Positions 17,950 to 26,124 of a stretch of DNA of 59,301 nucleotides are shown here, piece by piece (positions within the stretch are counted from its first letter, which is position 1; each line of letters begins with the position of its first letter). The notes under the pieces were generated by a model that was not told the DNA's origin, did not search any database, and worked only from the letters and a program-made list of their open reading frames with translations. The stretch spans positions 1-59,301 of the forward strand of contig CAYNND010000004.1 of NCBI GenBank assembly GCA_964398775.1, read 5' to 3'. Source of the stretch: an uncultured Candidatus Saccharibacteria bacterium. Its GTDB lineage: Bacteria; Patescibacteriota; Minisyncoccia; Phycocordibacterales; UBA2100. A program made the translations under genes and the position numbers.

Positions 17950-17971
17950 TACGCTTCACGTCTGCGAAACT

Positions 17972-17996
17972 AACGCGCGCCCCATGGGCGCGCGTT
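17972..17996 (+). terminator. GC-rich hairpin after amt
   Basis: aacgcgcgccc-cat-gggcgcgcgtt (11-bp stem) with a weak T-tail. Confidence 0.5.
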
Positions 17997-18012
17997 GTGG
18001 TATATTCTGAAT

Positions 18013-18564
18013 ATGCTACCGACAAAAGAACAAGCGCAAGAATTACTATTCGAACATGTCGCTGATACCTATCAGCGACACCATGCACTCATAGTGGGGA
18101 CTGCGCTCCAAGGATATGCGGAAAAGCTCGGCGAAGATGCGCACCTCTGGTTTCTCACAGGTTACCTACACGATATTGATTTTCAAGAGTATCCCGACAA
18201 ACATCCTGCAGAATCACTCAAGTGGTTTAAAGAATGGGGCTACCCTGAAGCGCTGATTCATGCAGTTGAAGCGCATGCATTTGGGTTTAATGGATTTACC
18301 ACAGAGCCGCAGACAAAGCTCGCATCAGCGCTCATTGCCTGTGACGAAGTGTGCGGCATCTTCTATGCCTATAGCAAAGTAAATCCAACTCCGTATGGTG
18401 AGATGAAAGCCTCATCTATCTTGAAGTGTATCCGCAAGGAAGGATTTGCTCCAAAGATTTCTCGCAAAGATATCACCTATGGATGTGAGAAGCTCGGCGT
18501 GACGCTTGAAGAGCATATTGCGAATCTTATTTCTTTTTTTGCTGCTCAGCCGATTACTGCATAA
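18013..18564 (+). CDS. HD-domain phosphohydrolase
   Basis: From the ATG at 18013; the 17995 start lies inside the hairpin. HHALIVG...GYLHDIDF provides the H...HD signature. Confidence 0.7.
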   Translation: MLPTKEQAQELLFEHVADTYQRHHALIVGTALQGYAEKLGEDAHLWFLTGYLHDIDFQEYPDKHPAESLKWFKEWGYPEALIHAVEAHAFGFNGFTTEPQTKLASALIACDEVCGIFYAYSKVNPTPYGEMKASSILKCIRKEGFAPKISRKDITYGCEKLGVTLEEHIANLISFFAAQPITA

Positions 18565-18573
18565 AATATATAC

Positions 18574-18957
18574 ATGCCAGTCACCACACTTACACTCATA
18601 GCTCTTACGCCCCTTTTTCTGTTTCTTTCTTTTAAAACTATCCATACACGAACAAAAAAGAAGATAAGTCTTGGACATGGTAATGATGATGTGCTCCAGA
18701 AGATGATTCGGGCACACGCAAACTTTACTGAGTATGTACCATTTATAGTTCTACTTATCTTGGCTGCTGAATACCGACAGATGCCGCAGTTGTTCCTCGT
18801 GTTTATCGGGGTACTTCTCGTGTCTGGAAGATATATTCACGCATATCACTTTTACACACATCAAAATGGCTACACGCTGAGAGTGCTCGGGATGGTGCTT
18901 ACCTTAACAGCCTGTATTTGCGGAATGTTCGGACTGCTGACAAGTTTCTTTTACTAA
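18574..18957 (+). CDS. MAPEG-family membrane protein (YecN-like)
   Basis: 127 aa with four TM segments. GHGNDDVLQKMIRAHANFTEYVPF and LVSGRYIHAYHF resemble YecN. Confidence 0.6.
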   Translation: MPVTTLTLIALTPLFLFLSFKTIHTRTKKKISLGHGNDDVLQKMIRAHANFTEYVPFIVLLILAAEYRQMPQLFLVFIGVLLVSGRYIHAYHFYTHQNGYTLRVLGMVLTLTACICGMFGLLTSFFY

Positions 18958-19283
18958 GCTTTCTTTTTCTTTGGTTTCTTAGCAGGAAGGGAAGCGGCGA
19001 TATCTATCAGTATCTCCGCGATGCGCCCTCCATCTCTAAGCATATCTTCGGGAACGATGTAGTATGGCTTTGAGCCGGGGTATGCCTCACCTTGTTCGCA
19101 CTCATCAGCAAGTGCTGCACTTGCGGGAAGTATCTTTACAAAGAATGTATCGTCGCAGATAAGTGCTACAACTTTTCCATTGCAGTAGAGTGCATACTCA
19201 CCAAACATCGCGCGTGTGGTGAAGGTCTTCGGGTCATCGAGTTTCTGAGTTATAAACTCGATTGTCTCTTTTTGTGTAGCCAT
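18954..19283 (-). CDS. TfoX/Sxy N-terminal domain protein
   Basis: RAMFGEYALYCNGKVVALICDDTFFVK core with a Lys-rich tail. Confidence 0.6.
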   Translation of the reverse strand: MATQKETIEFITQKLDDPKTFTTRAMFGEYALYCNGKVVALICDDTFFVKILPASAALADECEQGEAYPGSKPYYIVPEDMLRDGGRIAEILIDIAASLPAKKPKKKKA

Positions 19284-19318
19284 GCCCTTATGATACTATG
19301 CCGAGCGTTAGCTCAACA

Positions 19319-19405
19319 GGAGGGATGGATGAGTGGTTTAAATCAACGGTTTACTAAACCGTCGCTTGGGAAACCTTGCCGCGAGTTCGAATCTCGCTCC
19401 CTCCG
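19319..19405 (+). tRNA. Type II Ser-like tRNA with anticodon ACU (unusual), no encoded CCA
   Basis: Hand-folded. Acceptor GGAGGGA/TCCCTCC, 3-bp D stem with a GG loop, anticodon arm ACGGT-TTACTAA-ACCGT, long variable arm with two U-U mismatches, T-arm GCGAG-TTCGAAT-CTCGC, discriminator G. Confidence 0.7.
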
Positions 19406-19414
19406 CAATCGCCG

Positions 19415-19440
19415 AAAAGCAGCCGAATGGGTGCTTTTCT
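19415..19440 (+). terminator. Intrinsic terminator after the tRNA
   Basis: aaaagcagcc-gaat-gggtgctttt (one mismatch) followed by tttct. Lies at the centre of the 19386-19471 palindrome. Confidence 0.65.
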
Positions 19441-19453
19441 TGCGAATTGCGTT

Positions 19454-19471
19454 GAGGGAGCGAGATTCGAA
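19454..19471 (+). repeat. Inverted copy of the tRNA T-loop/3' acceptor
   Basis: gagggagcgagattcgaa is the exact reverse complement of 19386-19403 (18 nt). Similarity continues into the trailer (cgcaatcg vs cgcaattcg). Confidence 0.9.
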
Positions 19472-19472
19472 A

Positions 19473-19513
19473 GCTTGCGCGGCTACGCGCACAGCAGTGC
19501 GTGTCGCGCAAGC
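19473..19513 (+). repeat. Long GC-rich hairpin
   Basis: gcttgcgcg(gct)acgcgcac-agca-gtgcgtgtcgcgcaagc: 17 pairs including one G-U, with a 3-nt bulge. Confidence 0.7.
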
Positions 19514-19557
19514 GTGGTCAGGCGGAGCACTGAGCGACGGCGAAGCGCGAGCGCTTG

Positions 19558-19572
19558 ACCGAATCTCGCTCC
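19558..19572 (+). repeat. Direct copy 1 of the tRNA 3' segment
   Basis: accgaatctcgctcc. Positions 19560-19573 match tRNA positions 19388-19401 exactly (14 nt). Confidence 0.85.
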
Positions 19573-19589
19573 CGGGTCTTTGTTTCTTA

Positions 19590-19604
19590 ACCGAATCTCG
19601 CTCC
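19590..19604 (+). repeat. Direct copy 2 of the tRNA 3' segment
   Basis: accgaatctcgctcc is identical to 19558-19572. 13 nt match the tRNA. Confidence 0.85.
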
Positions 19605-19641
19605 TTTTTGCAATACCCATCATATCTGTCACAATGATTAT

Positions 19642-20355
19642 GTGACTCCAAAAACTAACCCACTCCTCTCTATATTTCGTGAGCTCATCACTCTACGGTA
19701 TATATTTTGCTACGCGTTTGCTGCACTACTTACATATTGTATCGTCGCAAGTGGCGCTGACTGGAATTACAACTGGTATGTACATACGTATATAAATACT
19801 CGCGTCGATATACTTGGGTTTGCTGATGGACTCGGGTTTTTTGCAGCACTTTCTTTCTGTCTCATTCCTGCACTTGCGTACTTCTTTACTCGGCGCGTGC
19901 ATTATAAGCAGCTCACCGTCGTCGTCTTGTACGTACTTCTCGTAGGGCTCTCAGTATCGACAGCTATCAAAGTATTTGCTGGACGTGAGTCACCACCGCA
20001 TTTTCATCCATCATATGCAGCAGAGGGACTATTGAAGATGGATACATGGGAAGACAATAGCACTCATTTTCAGTTTGGATTTATGAGAGAGCAGGTCTTC
20101 GGTGGCTACCCATCTTCACATGCAACACTCTTTTTTGCGTTTGCATCGACATATCTTTTGTATCTGCGAGCGCGGCGTCGACATGTACGTGCCCAAGAGG
20201 TCATCCTCGTCTGCATCTTGTATGCGCTTGCGCTCTTCATCAGTATCGGCGTGTCATTTGGTCACCACTGGCTGAGTGAATCTGTTGCAGGTGCAGTACT
20301 CGGTGTATGTATTGGGCATGCAGTTGCAAAACATATTCGCTTCGAGCAGAACTAG
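19642..20355 (+). CDS. PAP2-family membrane phosphatase
   Basis: GTG start. KVFAGRESPP, GYPSSHAT and HHWLSESVAG correspond to the three PAP2 motifs. Multiple TM segments. Confidence 0.7.
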   Translation: MTPKTNPLLSIFRELITLRYIFCYAFAALLTYCIVASGADWNYNWYVHTYINTRVDILGFADGLGFFAALSFCLIPALAYFFTRRVHYKQLTVVVLYVLLVGLSVSTAIKVFAGRESPPHFHPSYAAEGLLKMDTWEDNSTHFQFGFMREQVFGGYPSSHATLFFAFASTYLLYLRARRRHVRAQEVILVCILYALALFISIGVSFGHHWLSESVAGAVLGVCIGHAVAKHIRFEQN

Positions 20356-20369
20356 TGTAGACTGTCTCT

Positions 20370-20756
20370 ATGAAAGCAGATATTCGGGCGTATAACGCAA
20401 AACTTATAAAAGAAGATAAGGCAATCGCACTTGTCTTGGGAAAAGAGTTCGACACCGCACTCAAAGGTGCTGAGAGTAAGGTCTGGCATGGTCATCCAGT
20501 ATGGTTTCTCGATGGGAATCCAATCGTTGGCTACCACCGTCTGAAGGACGGTATGCGCGTACTGTTCTGGAGTGGGCAATCATTTACAACACCAGGACTT
20601 TCAAAAGAAGGGAACTTTAAGGCAGCAGAAGTTCGCTACACTGACAAAGCTTCGGTGAAAGTGACAACATTGAGAAAATGGCTGAAGGAATCACGCATGA
20701 TTCAGTGGGACTATAAAAACATCGTAAAGAACAAAGGAAAGCTTGATAGAATATAG
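20370..20756 (+). CDS. DUF1801-like domain protein
   Basis: 128 aa. KVWHGHPVWFLDGNPIVGY...RVLFWSG resembles the YdhG-like fold family. Second such gene in the window. Confidence 0.45.
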   Translation: MKADIRAYNAKLIKEDKAIALVLGKEFDTALKGAESKVWHGHPVWFLDGNPIVGYHRLKDGMRVLFWSGQSFTTPGLSKEGNFKAAEVRYTDKASVKVTTLRKWLKESRMIQWDYKNIVKNKGKLDRI

Positions 20757-20763
20757 TATATCT

Positions 20764-21177
20764 ATGTTCCCAAACGCAATTACATTTCAAAAATTGACTC
20801 GCACTGCAGCTGTGGCCGCAGAGCAGATCGGCTGCACTGAAGCACAGATTTGTAAGTCAATTGTCTTTAAAAGCGGAGATGGTGTCGTACTGATTCTCAC
20901 CAGTGGTGGTAATCGAGTAAACACAGATGCGGTGAGTACACGCATCGGTATGCCACTTGAAAAAGCAAATGCAGATTTCGTGAAAGAGAAGAGTGGGTAT
21001 GTGATAGGTGGAGTAGCCCCGTGGGGTCACAAAACAACACCAATAGTTTTTCTTGATGAAACGCTTGCGCACTATGATGCACTCTGGGCTTCAGCAGGCA
21101 CTGCAAACTCAGTATTTCCAACAACATTTGCTGAGCTCAAAGAGAAAACAGGTGCTGTAGTTATCTCTGTGCTCTAG
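20764..21177 (+). CDS. YbaK/EbsC-type aminoacyl-tRNA deacylase domain protein
   Basis: From the ATG at 20764. ICKSIVFKSGDGVVLILTSGGNRVN...GYVIGGVAPWGH. Confidence 0.7.
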   Translation: MFPNAITFQKLTRTAAVAAEQIGCTEAQICKSIVFKSGDGVVLILTSGGNRVNTDAVSTRIGMPLEKANADFVKEKSGYVIGGVAPWGHKTTPIVFLDETLAHYDALWASAGTANSVFPTTFAELKEKTGAVVISVL

Positions 21178-21201
21178 AGTGCTCGGTGGTATACTTTGCT
21201 T

Positions 21202-22422
21202 ATGCCGGATATCCCGCAGTTTTATCCACTTGAATCAGGAACTCGTCCTGAAGGGTTGAAGCGTTTTCTAAATCTGCTTCCACAGTTTATTAAGCGACTT
21301 GACCCTACAGAACCAAATCATCTTTCGACAGTAGATGGCATAAAGTTGGCGCATCGCATCATGACGTACAACAGTACAAAGCCATGGCCAAATCCATTTC
21401 CGCTGGATGCTGCAGTTAAATTAGCGGTATATGACAATCCACATGTGCAGACACACGCTGATTCACGCGCAGCAACGGCTGCAGTTGAGACAAAGTTTCG
21501 TGTGCTTGAGCGGCAAGCGCGCTCAGCAAAGGATGCGGCTGACCCACATAAAAAACCATTTTGGCGAGGACCGATTGAAGTGAAGTTTTCTTCATCTGTG
21601 CTTGGAGGTAAGGCAACATCTGCGCGGTTTACGCTCGACATGAGAAGGAGAGGTGCATTTCGCTCACTTGGTGAGCGCGAACTTCCTGATGGTTCAAAAC
21701 AAAAAATGCCTGCAGTACATACTGTTGAAATATTTGACCAGTTTGAGCAGAGCGCTCGTGAGCCGGAGTTCTATCTTGGCATGCTCGATGATGTTGAAGA
21801 CTTAATGCAGCGACTGTGTGCATGGCGAGATGAGGCCATACGGCAAGCAAAAAATATCGATGAGTATCTCGCTACGATAGTCTTTTTCTCCATACTCGGA
21901 GCAAAGGTGGTTCATCCCTTTTTTGACGGTAATGGGAGAGCATTTGAGGCGCAGATGATAAAGGACCTACATGTGATTGGCTATCCAGTTACCGGCATGC
22001 CAGGACTTTCTGAATCTGAGGTGCTTTCTGATAATGTCCTCGCAGGAATCAGTAATATATTTCTTGACCAAATGATGCAAGACAATAAAATTCCATATAT
22101 TCCAAAATCAAAACTCGCTGAAGTAGAAGCGCATCCTGGTCTGAGTAAGTCATATACCCGTATGTTGAGTGGCGCGATTCGAAACCATATCAATCAAGGT
22201 ATCCCAAAACGTGGCGATTACGCTCACATGATTGCCTCAGGCGTAACGCTTATGAAGATGTCCCTGTCTCGCCAGATTGCTGAGCATGCTGCTCGTGGTA
22301 TAGGGTGGGGACCGCAAGCTGACAGTCCATTTGCAATCCCAAAAGATTTTTATCAAGAGAATCTTCAAATGTTACGTGATTCGATTGCACAAGCGGGTGA
22401 GCCAGTGCGCAAAAGAAGTTAG
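21202..22422 (+). CDS. Fic/Fido-domain protein with a long unassigned N-terminal region
   Basis: HPFFDGNGRAFE matches the HxFx(D/E)GNGRxxR core except at the last position (E instead of R). About 230 aa upstream have no recognisable domain. A TTG at 21196 is an alternative start. Confidence 0.7.
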   Translation: MPDIPQFYPLESGTRPEGLKRFLNLLPQFIKRLDPTEPNHLSTVDGIKLAHRIMTYNSTKPWPNPFPLDAAVKLAVYDNPHVQTHADSRAATAAVETKFRVLERQARSAKDAADPHKKPFWRGPIEVKFSSSVLGGKATSARFTLDMRRRGAFRSLGERELPDGSKQKMPAVHTVEIFDQFEQSAREPEFYLGMLDDVEDLMQRLCAWRDEAIRQAKNIDEYLATIVFFSILGAKVVHPFFDGNGRAFEAQMIKDLHVIGYPVTGMPGLSESEVLSDNVLAGISNIFLDQMMQDNKIPYIPKSKLAEVEAHPGLSKSYTRMLSGAIRNHINQGIPKRGDYAHMIASGVTLMKMSLSRQIAEHAARGIGWGPQADSPFAIPKDFYQENLQMLRDSIAQAGEPVRKRS

Positions 22423-22460
22423 GTTGTACTTTGGAGCGCTGCTTCATTCATGCCCTGAAA

Positions 22461-23093
22461 TTAGTCACGTTCTATAAACGTCACCCACATATCGCTGTGG
22501 TGCTCAAATACACGCAGTATTGAGTAGAATAATGTGTGCACAGAAAATGCTACGAACGGAGCAGTGAGTGGCGTATAGATAAACAGAACAGGGAAGAGTA
22601 TCCCTCCACAGAGTGATGCAAGGAAGAATGTCCATGCAATCGTGCGCGGCATAGTGAAAAAGACAGGTAGATGGAGAGCGCTAAAAATACTCGCGAAGAG
22701 TGCAATTCCTTCGGTCCCTGTGCCTACATACGCAGAGCAGCTCATGAAGAGTAAAAAGATAAGCAGCTGCTGAAACAGAATGTCTGAATATTTAACCAGT
22801 GTTGAATTCCAGACCCAGTGACGGTCTTGCTCGGAGTACGTGTGAGCAATTTCCCAGTCGATACCTGCGATGACCGCAAGTATCGCAGCAAGTATGAGCA
22901 TGTGGAGTGGCGCAACAAAGCTCCACGAAAGGCTCAGTGGTGCAAACACCACTAACGTAAGGGCAGTACTTAGTATGTAGAAGAGTGCAGTCTTTCGCGG
23001 GGTACCACCGTATGTGAATCCGTGCTTGCGCAACACTGTATTAAATCCTCCTATAAGGATAGACCACCAGAGTGTAGTAAACACTATGAGCAT
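22461..23093 (-). CDS. Polytopic hypothetical membrane protein
   Basis: 210 aa with about 6 TM segments. Only faint resemblance to the CPBP layout (QQLLIF where EExxFR would be; later His residues). Not assignable. Confidence 0.45.
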   Translation of the reverse strand: MLIVFTTLWWSILIGGFNTVLRKHGFTYGGTPRKTALFYILSTALTLVVFAPLSLSWSFVAPLHMLILAAILAVIAGIDWEIAHTYSEQDRHWVWNSTLVKYSDILFQQLLIFLLFMSCSAYVGTGTEGIALFASIFSALHLPVFFTMPRTIAWTFFLASLCGGILFPVLFIYTPLTAPFVAFSVHTLFYSILRVFEHHSDMWVTFIERD

Positions 23094-23184
23094 CGCAACA
23101 TCATACTATGAAATGTATTGCGGATAAGATATGAGTACACAAATAGTGTGATACGATTGCAGTATTATAGTTTAAATAGTAATA

Positions 23185-23670
23185 ATGGACCCACTACAAC
23201 AGGGCAGTACACAACTCCCACCGCTTCCAGTAAAGTCAGGTGATACATACAGCTACAAAGGCTGGCTTATCAGTGATTCATTTATAAAGCGTGCCTTTGC
23301 GGTCTTGGGATACAACATGGTAGCGGGTCTCATACTCTATATACCGTTTGTCATCTTCATGTTCTTCGTTGTCGGCTCAATGTTTTCAGCGATGGGACCA
23401 TCACTCATGCAACAGCAGATAAACAACGACATGATGATGCGGCAGATGCCACCACCGATGCCGATGGGAGAAACGATGAGCCCAGGCATGGCAGGCAAGA
23501 TTGATGTTAATGAGATTTGCAATGGCGCACTTGCGTCCATGACTTTTACTGATGGCGCTGCAGCTGATGCATTCGTACAAGAATGTATTGACGGACAGCA
23601 CCCAGAAGTAATTCAAAATTACATGCAGCAGCTCCAGTCAAATAACGGCATGGACGGCGCAGCAATCTAA
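23185..23670 (+). CDS. Hypothetical membrane protein with Met/Pro-rich stretch
   Basis: 161 aa with two TM segments, then MMMRQMPPPMPMGETMSPGMAG and a Cys-containing C-terminal part. Confidence 0.45.
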   Translation: MDPLQQGSTQLPPLPVKSGDTYSYKGWLISDSFIKRAFAVLGYNMVAGLILYIPFVIFMFFVVGSMFSAMGPSLMQQQINNDMMMRQMPPPMPMGETMSPGMAGKIDVNEICNGALASMTFTDGAAADAFVQECIDGQHPEVIQNYMQQLQSNNGMDGAAI

Positions 23671-23679
23671 TACTCTCAT

Positions 23680-24093
23680 ATGGAACTCAATTATCTCGCG
23701 ATTCTTGCAGCTGCGTTTGCACAATTTGTTCTCGGAGCAGTGTGGTACTCAGCGCTCTTCGGTAAGCAGTGGATGGATATCATGGGCGTCAGTCAGTTGT
23801 CTATGGAAGAAATCAAAAAAATGCAGAAAGAGATGGGCCCTTTCTATGCAGTACAGTTTGCACTGACGATACTCTTCACGATTGCACTTGCGTGCATTGT
23901 AGTCGCATGGCCTGAGAACTACGGTATTCCTGCTGCGCTCAAGATTTGGGCAGGGTTTATCGTCCCTACACAAATCGCAGGTGTGATTTGGGGGAACACC
24001 AAGAAAGACAAGTGGCTCAAGCAGATACTCATCATGACAAGCTACCAACTTGTCGGGATTGTCATTGCTGCGTACATTCTTTCAGTGATGTAA
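23680..24093 (+). CDS. DUF1761 membrane protein
   Basis: MELNYLAILAAAFAQFVLGAVWYSALFGKQWM is the typical N-terminus of the family. Confidence 0.65.
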   Translation: MELNYLAILAAAFAQFVLGAVWYSALFGKQWMDIMGVSQLSMEEIKKMQKEMGPFYAVQFALTILFTIALACIVVAWPENYGIPAALKIWAGFIVPTQIAGVIWGNTKKDKWLKQILIMTSYQLVGIVIAAYILSVM

Positions 24094-24123
24094 GGAAGTA
24101 CTTACCAAACTCAAACAAGAACT

Positions 24124-24148
24124 GCTGCCGCGAGGCAGCTTTTCTTTT
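24124..24148 (+). terminator. Intrinsic terminator
   Basis: gctgcc-gcga-ggcagc followed by ttttctttt. Confidence 0.7.
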
Positions 24149-24212
24149 GTGCTATGCACGGGATGAGTCGCTGCGGGGTTGCCGATTTAAGTCGCCATGC
24201 AATACTAGTTCC

Positions 24213-25220
24213 ATGAATCGTCAGACCCTATGTGCAACTATTCTTGCGCTTTCACTTTGTGCAAGTGCTGCGTATGCCCAAAGTGTAAAGTCAACGAAAG
24301 TTGTTGAGAAGAAGTCTGACAGCGCGAGCGATAAAAAAGAGTGTCCAAAGTTTACCGAGCTTTTATACTTTGGTGTGACAGATAAGGAAACAAAAGGACA
24401 GGTAACACAGCTGCAAGAATGGCTCCGTAACTACCCCGCAATTTATCCAAGTGGTACTGTCTCAGGGACATACACAGAAGAAGTGGAACTTGCGATACGA
24501 AAACTCCAGAAGCAGAAAGCACTTGTTACTCCGGGGCTTTCGTGTAAAACAGGCTACGGACTTGTCGAAGAGAAAACACGGAAGTATCTCAATGATAATC
24601 TCTGGTGTGAACCTATCATCCCTCGTGAAAAAGTTGCCTGTGGTAGTGTGACCTGTCCGACATTGACGCGTACACTCGCGCGCGGCATGGCAGATCCTGA
24701 AGGTGTACTCGGTGAAATTGCAATGCTGCAATGCTTCCTTGCTCGTGAGGGAACACTCAATCCAGCCTTGGTAAACGGCGCATATGGTCCTTCGACAGAG
24801 CGAGCGCTCTTGCAGTATCAGGCGCGTATCGGTGTCGCGCAGACTGGTTCAGTCGGTGCACAGACACGAAGTGCAATCGCAAAATGTGGCAAGGCAAATA
24901 CAACTACAGGAGCGCAGTCAAAGTCACAACGCTACTCATTCTTCATCAAGCCTGCTTCAGGTGATGCGCCGCTTGAGATAGCACTTTCGTTTGCACTCAA
25001 TGGAACGACTTGCTCATCGTATTCAGTCGACTGGGGTGATGGTACTGCACCACTTGCATACGATGCTGGTCGACCAGCAACATGTGCTCAGCAGCCGATT
25101 ACGCTGTTTGAAAAACATACCTACACAAAACCAGGACTCTACACGGTGACACTTAAGCATGGCCAAGATACACTCGGCCGCATCCCTGTGGTGAACCAGG
25201 CACAGATTACTGTGCGGTAA
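24213..25220 (+). CDS. Secreted protein: two PG_binding_1-like domains + one PKD-like domain
   Basis: From the ATG at 24213 (MNRQTLCATILALSLCASAAYAQ signal). Has GQVTQLQEWL...GTYTEEVELAIRKLQ and IAMLQCFLA...GAYGPSTERALLQYQ, plus YSVDWGDGTAPLAY. Confidence 0.7.
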   Translation: MNRQTLCATILALSLCASAAYAQSVKSTKVVEKKSDSASDKKECPKFTELLYFGVTDKETKGQVTQLQEWLRNYPAIYPSGTVSGTYTEEVELAIRKLQKQKALVTPGLSCKTGYGLVEEKTRKYLNDNLWCEPIIPREKVACGSVTCPTLTRTLARGMADPEGVLGEIAMLQCFLAREGTLNPALVNGAYGPSTERALLQYQARIGVAQTGSVGAQTRSAIAKCGKANTTTGAQSKSQRYSFFIKPASGDAPLEIALSFALNGTTCSSYSVDWGDGTAPLAYDAGRPATCAQQPITLFEKHTYTKPGLYTVTLKHGQDTLGRIPVVNQAQITVR

Positions 25221-25274
25221 GGTAATCCACTCGAGCTCCTAGCGGGTATGGGTTCTCGTTTGTATACTAGCCCT

Positions 25275-26084
25275 ATGAAGCGAACACTAGCCACACTTGC
25301 AATTGCATGTGCATGTATTGCACCACTTACTACTTCAGCCCTCACTCGTGATGAGATTCTTGCAGAGATAGCACGACTCACCAAGGTAGTCGATGCAATC
25401 AAAGCGCAGTTGCGCGCGATTGGTGTTGACGTTGATTCAGTTGACCCTGGTGTACCAAACACACCGTTGCCGACGGTTACTTCAGGCTGCCTGAACTGGT
25501 TCCGTACGATGAGTCTTGGTATGCAGGGAAGCGATGTGACACAGCTTCAAACATTTCTCGTGAGACAAGGAGTACTTGATGCTGAGCCGACAGGCTACTA
25601 TGGCTCACTCACTCGTGGTGCTGTCTATAAGTGGCAACTCGCTGCAACGCTCGATGGAACAGGAAATGTAGATAGAAATACTGCAGATACAATGAATGCA
25701 TACTGTAGCACTGGCAGAACGCCAGTGACTGGAACCACCGGTACGACTGGTACAACAGGTACGACAAATCCTCGACTCCCTGTAGCGCCTGTTGATAGAT
25801 TCTCATTCACTATAGAACCAAAGACAGGTACAGCTCCGCACCAAGTTTCTGCATTCTTTGCTATCAGTGGTACTACGTGTACTGCATACGCGCTTGATTG
25901 GGGAGATGGCACGACTGGAGTGAGTCGCGAGGGAAGTACATCGACATGTGATCCAGATAGTATCAATCGTCAGCTCACGCACGTCTATCAGAGTCGTGGT
26001 ACATACACAGTCACCTTCAAGACAATCCGCGGGTATCTCTCAAGTGCACCAATCGTCTCGCAAGGTACCGTAGTTGTCCAGTAG
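25275..26084 (+). CDS. Secreted protein: coiled N-terminus, PG_binding_1-like domain, TG-repeat linker, PKD-like domain
   Basis: From MKRTLATLAIACACIAPLTTSA. Has GSDVTQLQTFLVRQGVL...GSLTRGAVYKWQ, TGTTGTTGTTGTT and YALDWGDGTTGVS. Confidence 0.7.
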   Translation: MKRTLATLAIACACIAPLTTSALTRDEILAEIARLTKVVDAIKAQLRAIGVDVDSVDPGVPNTPLPTVTSGCLNWFRTMSLGMQGSDVTQLQTFLVRQGVLDAEPTGYYGSLTRGAVYKWQLAATLDGTGNVDRNTADTMNAYCSTGRTPVTGTTGTTGTTGTTNPRLPVAPVDRFSFTIEPKTGTAPHQVSAFFAISGTTCTAYALDWGDGTTGVSREGSTSTCDPDSINRQLTHVYQSRGTYTVTFKTIRGYLSSAPIVSQGTVVVQ

Positions 26085-26104
26085 AGATTTCTTATCAATA
26101 AAAA

Positions 26105-26120
26105 AGACCCCGAGGGGTCT
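26105..26120. terminator. Bidirectional intrinsic terminator
   Basis: agaccc-cgag-gggtct flanked by aaaaa and ttttttt, between convergent genes. Confidence 0.75.
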
Positions 26121-26124
26121 TTTT

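Noticed and set aside
22461-23093. CPBP-family intramembrane protease.
   Set aside because: The Glu-Glu...Arg motif is absent (QQLLIF in the equivalent place) and the His motifs are ambiguous. It is left as a hypothetical membrane protein.
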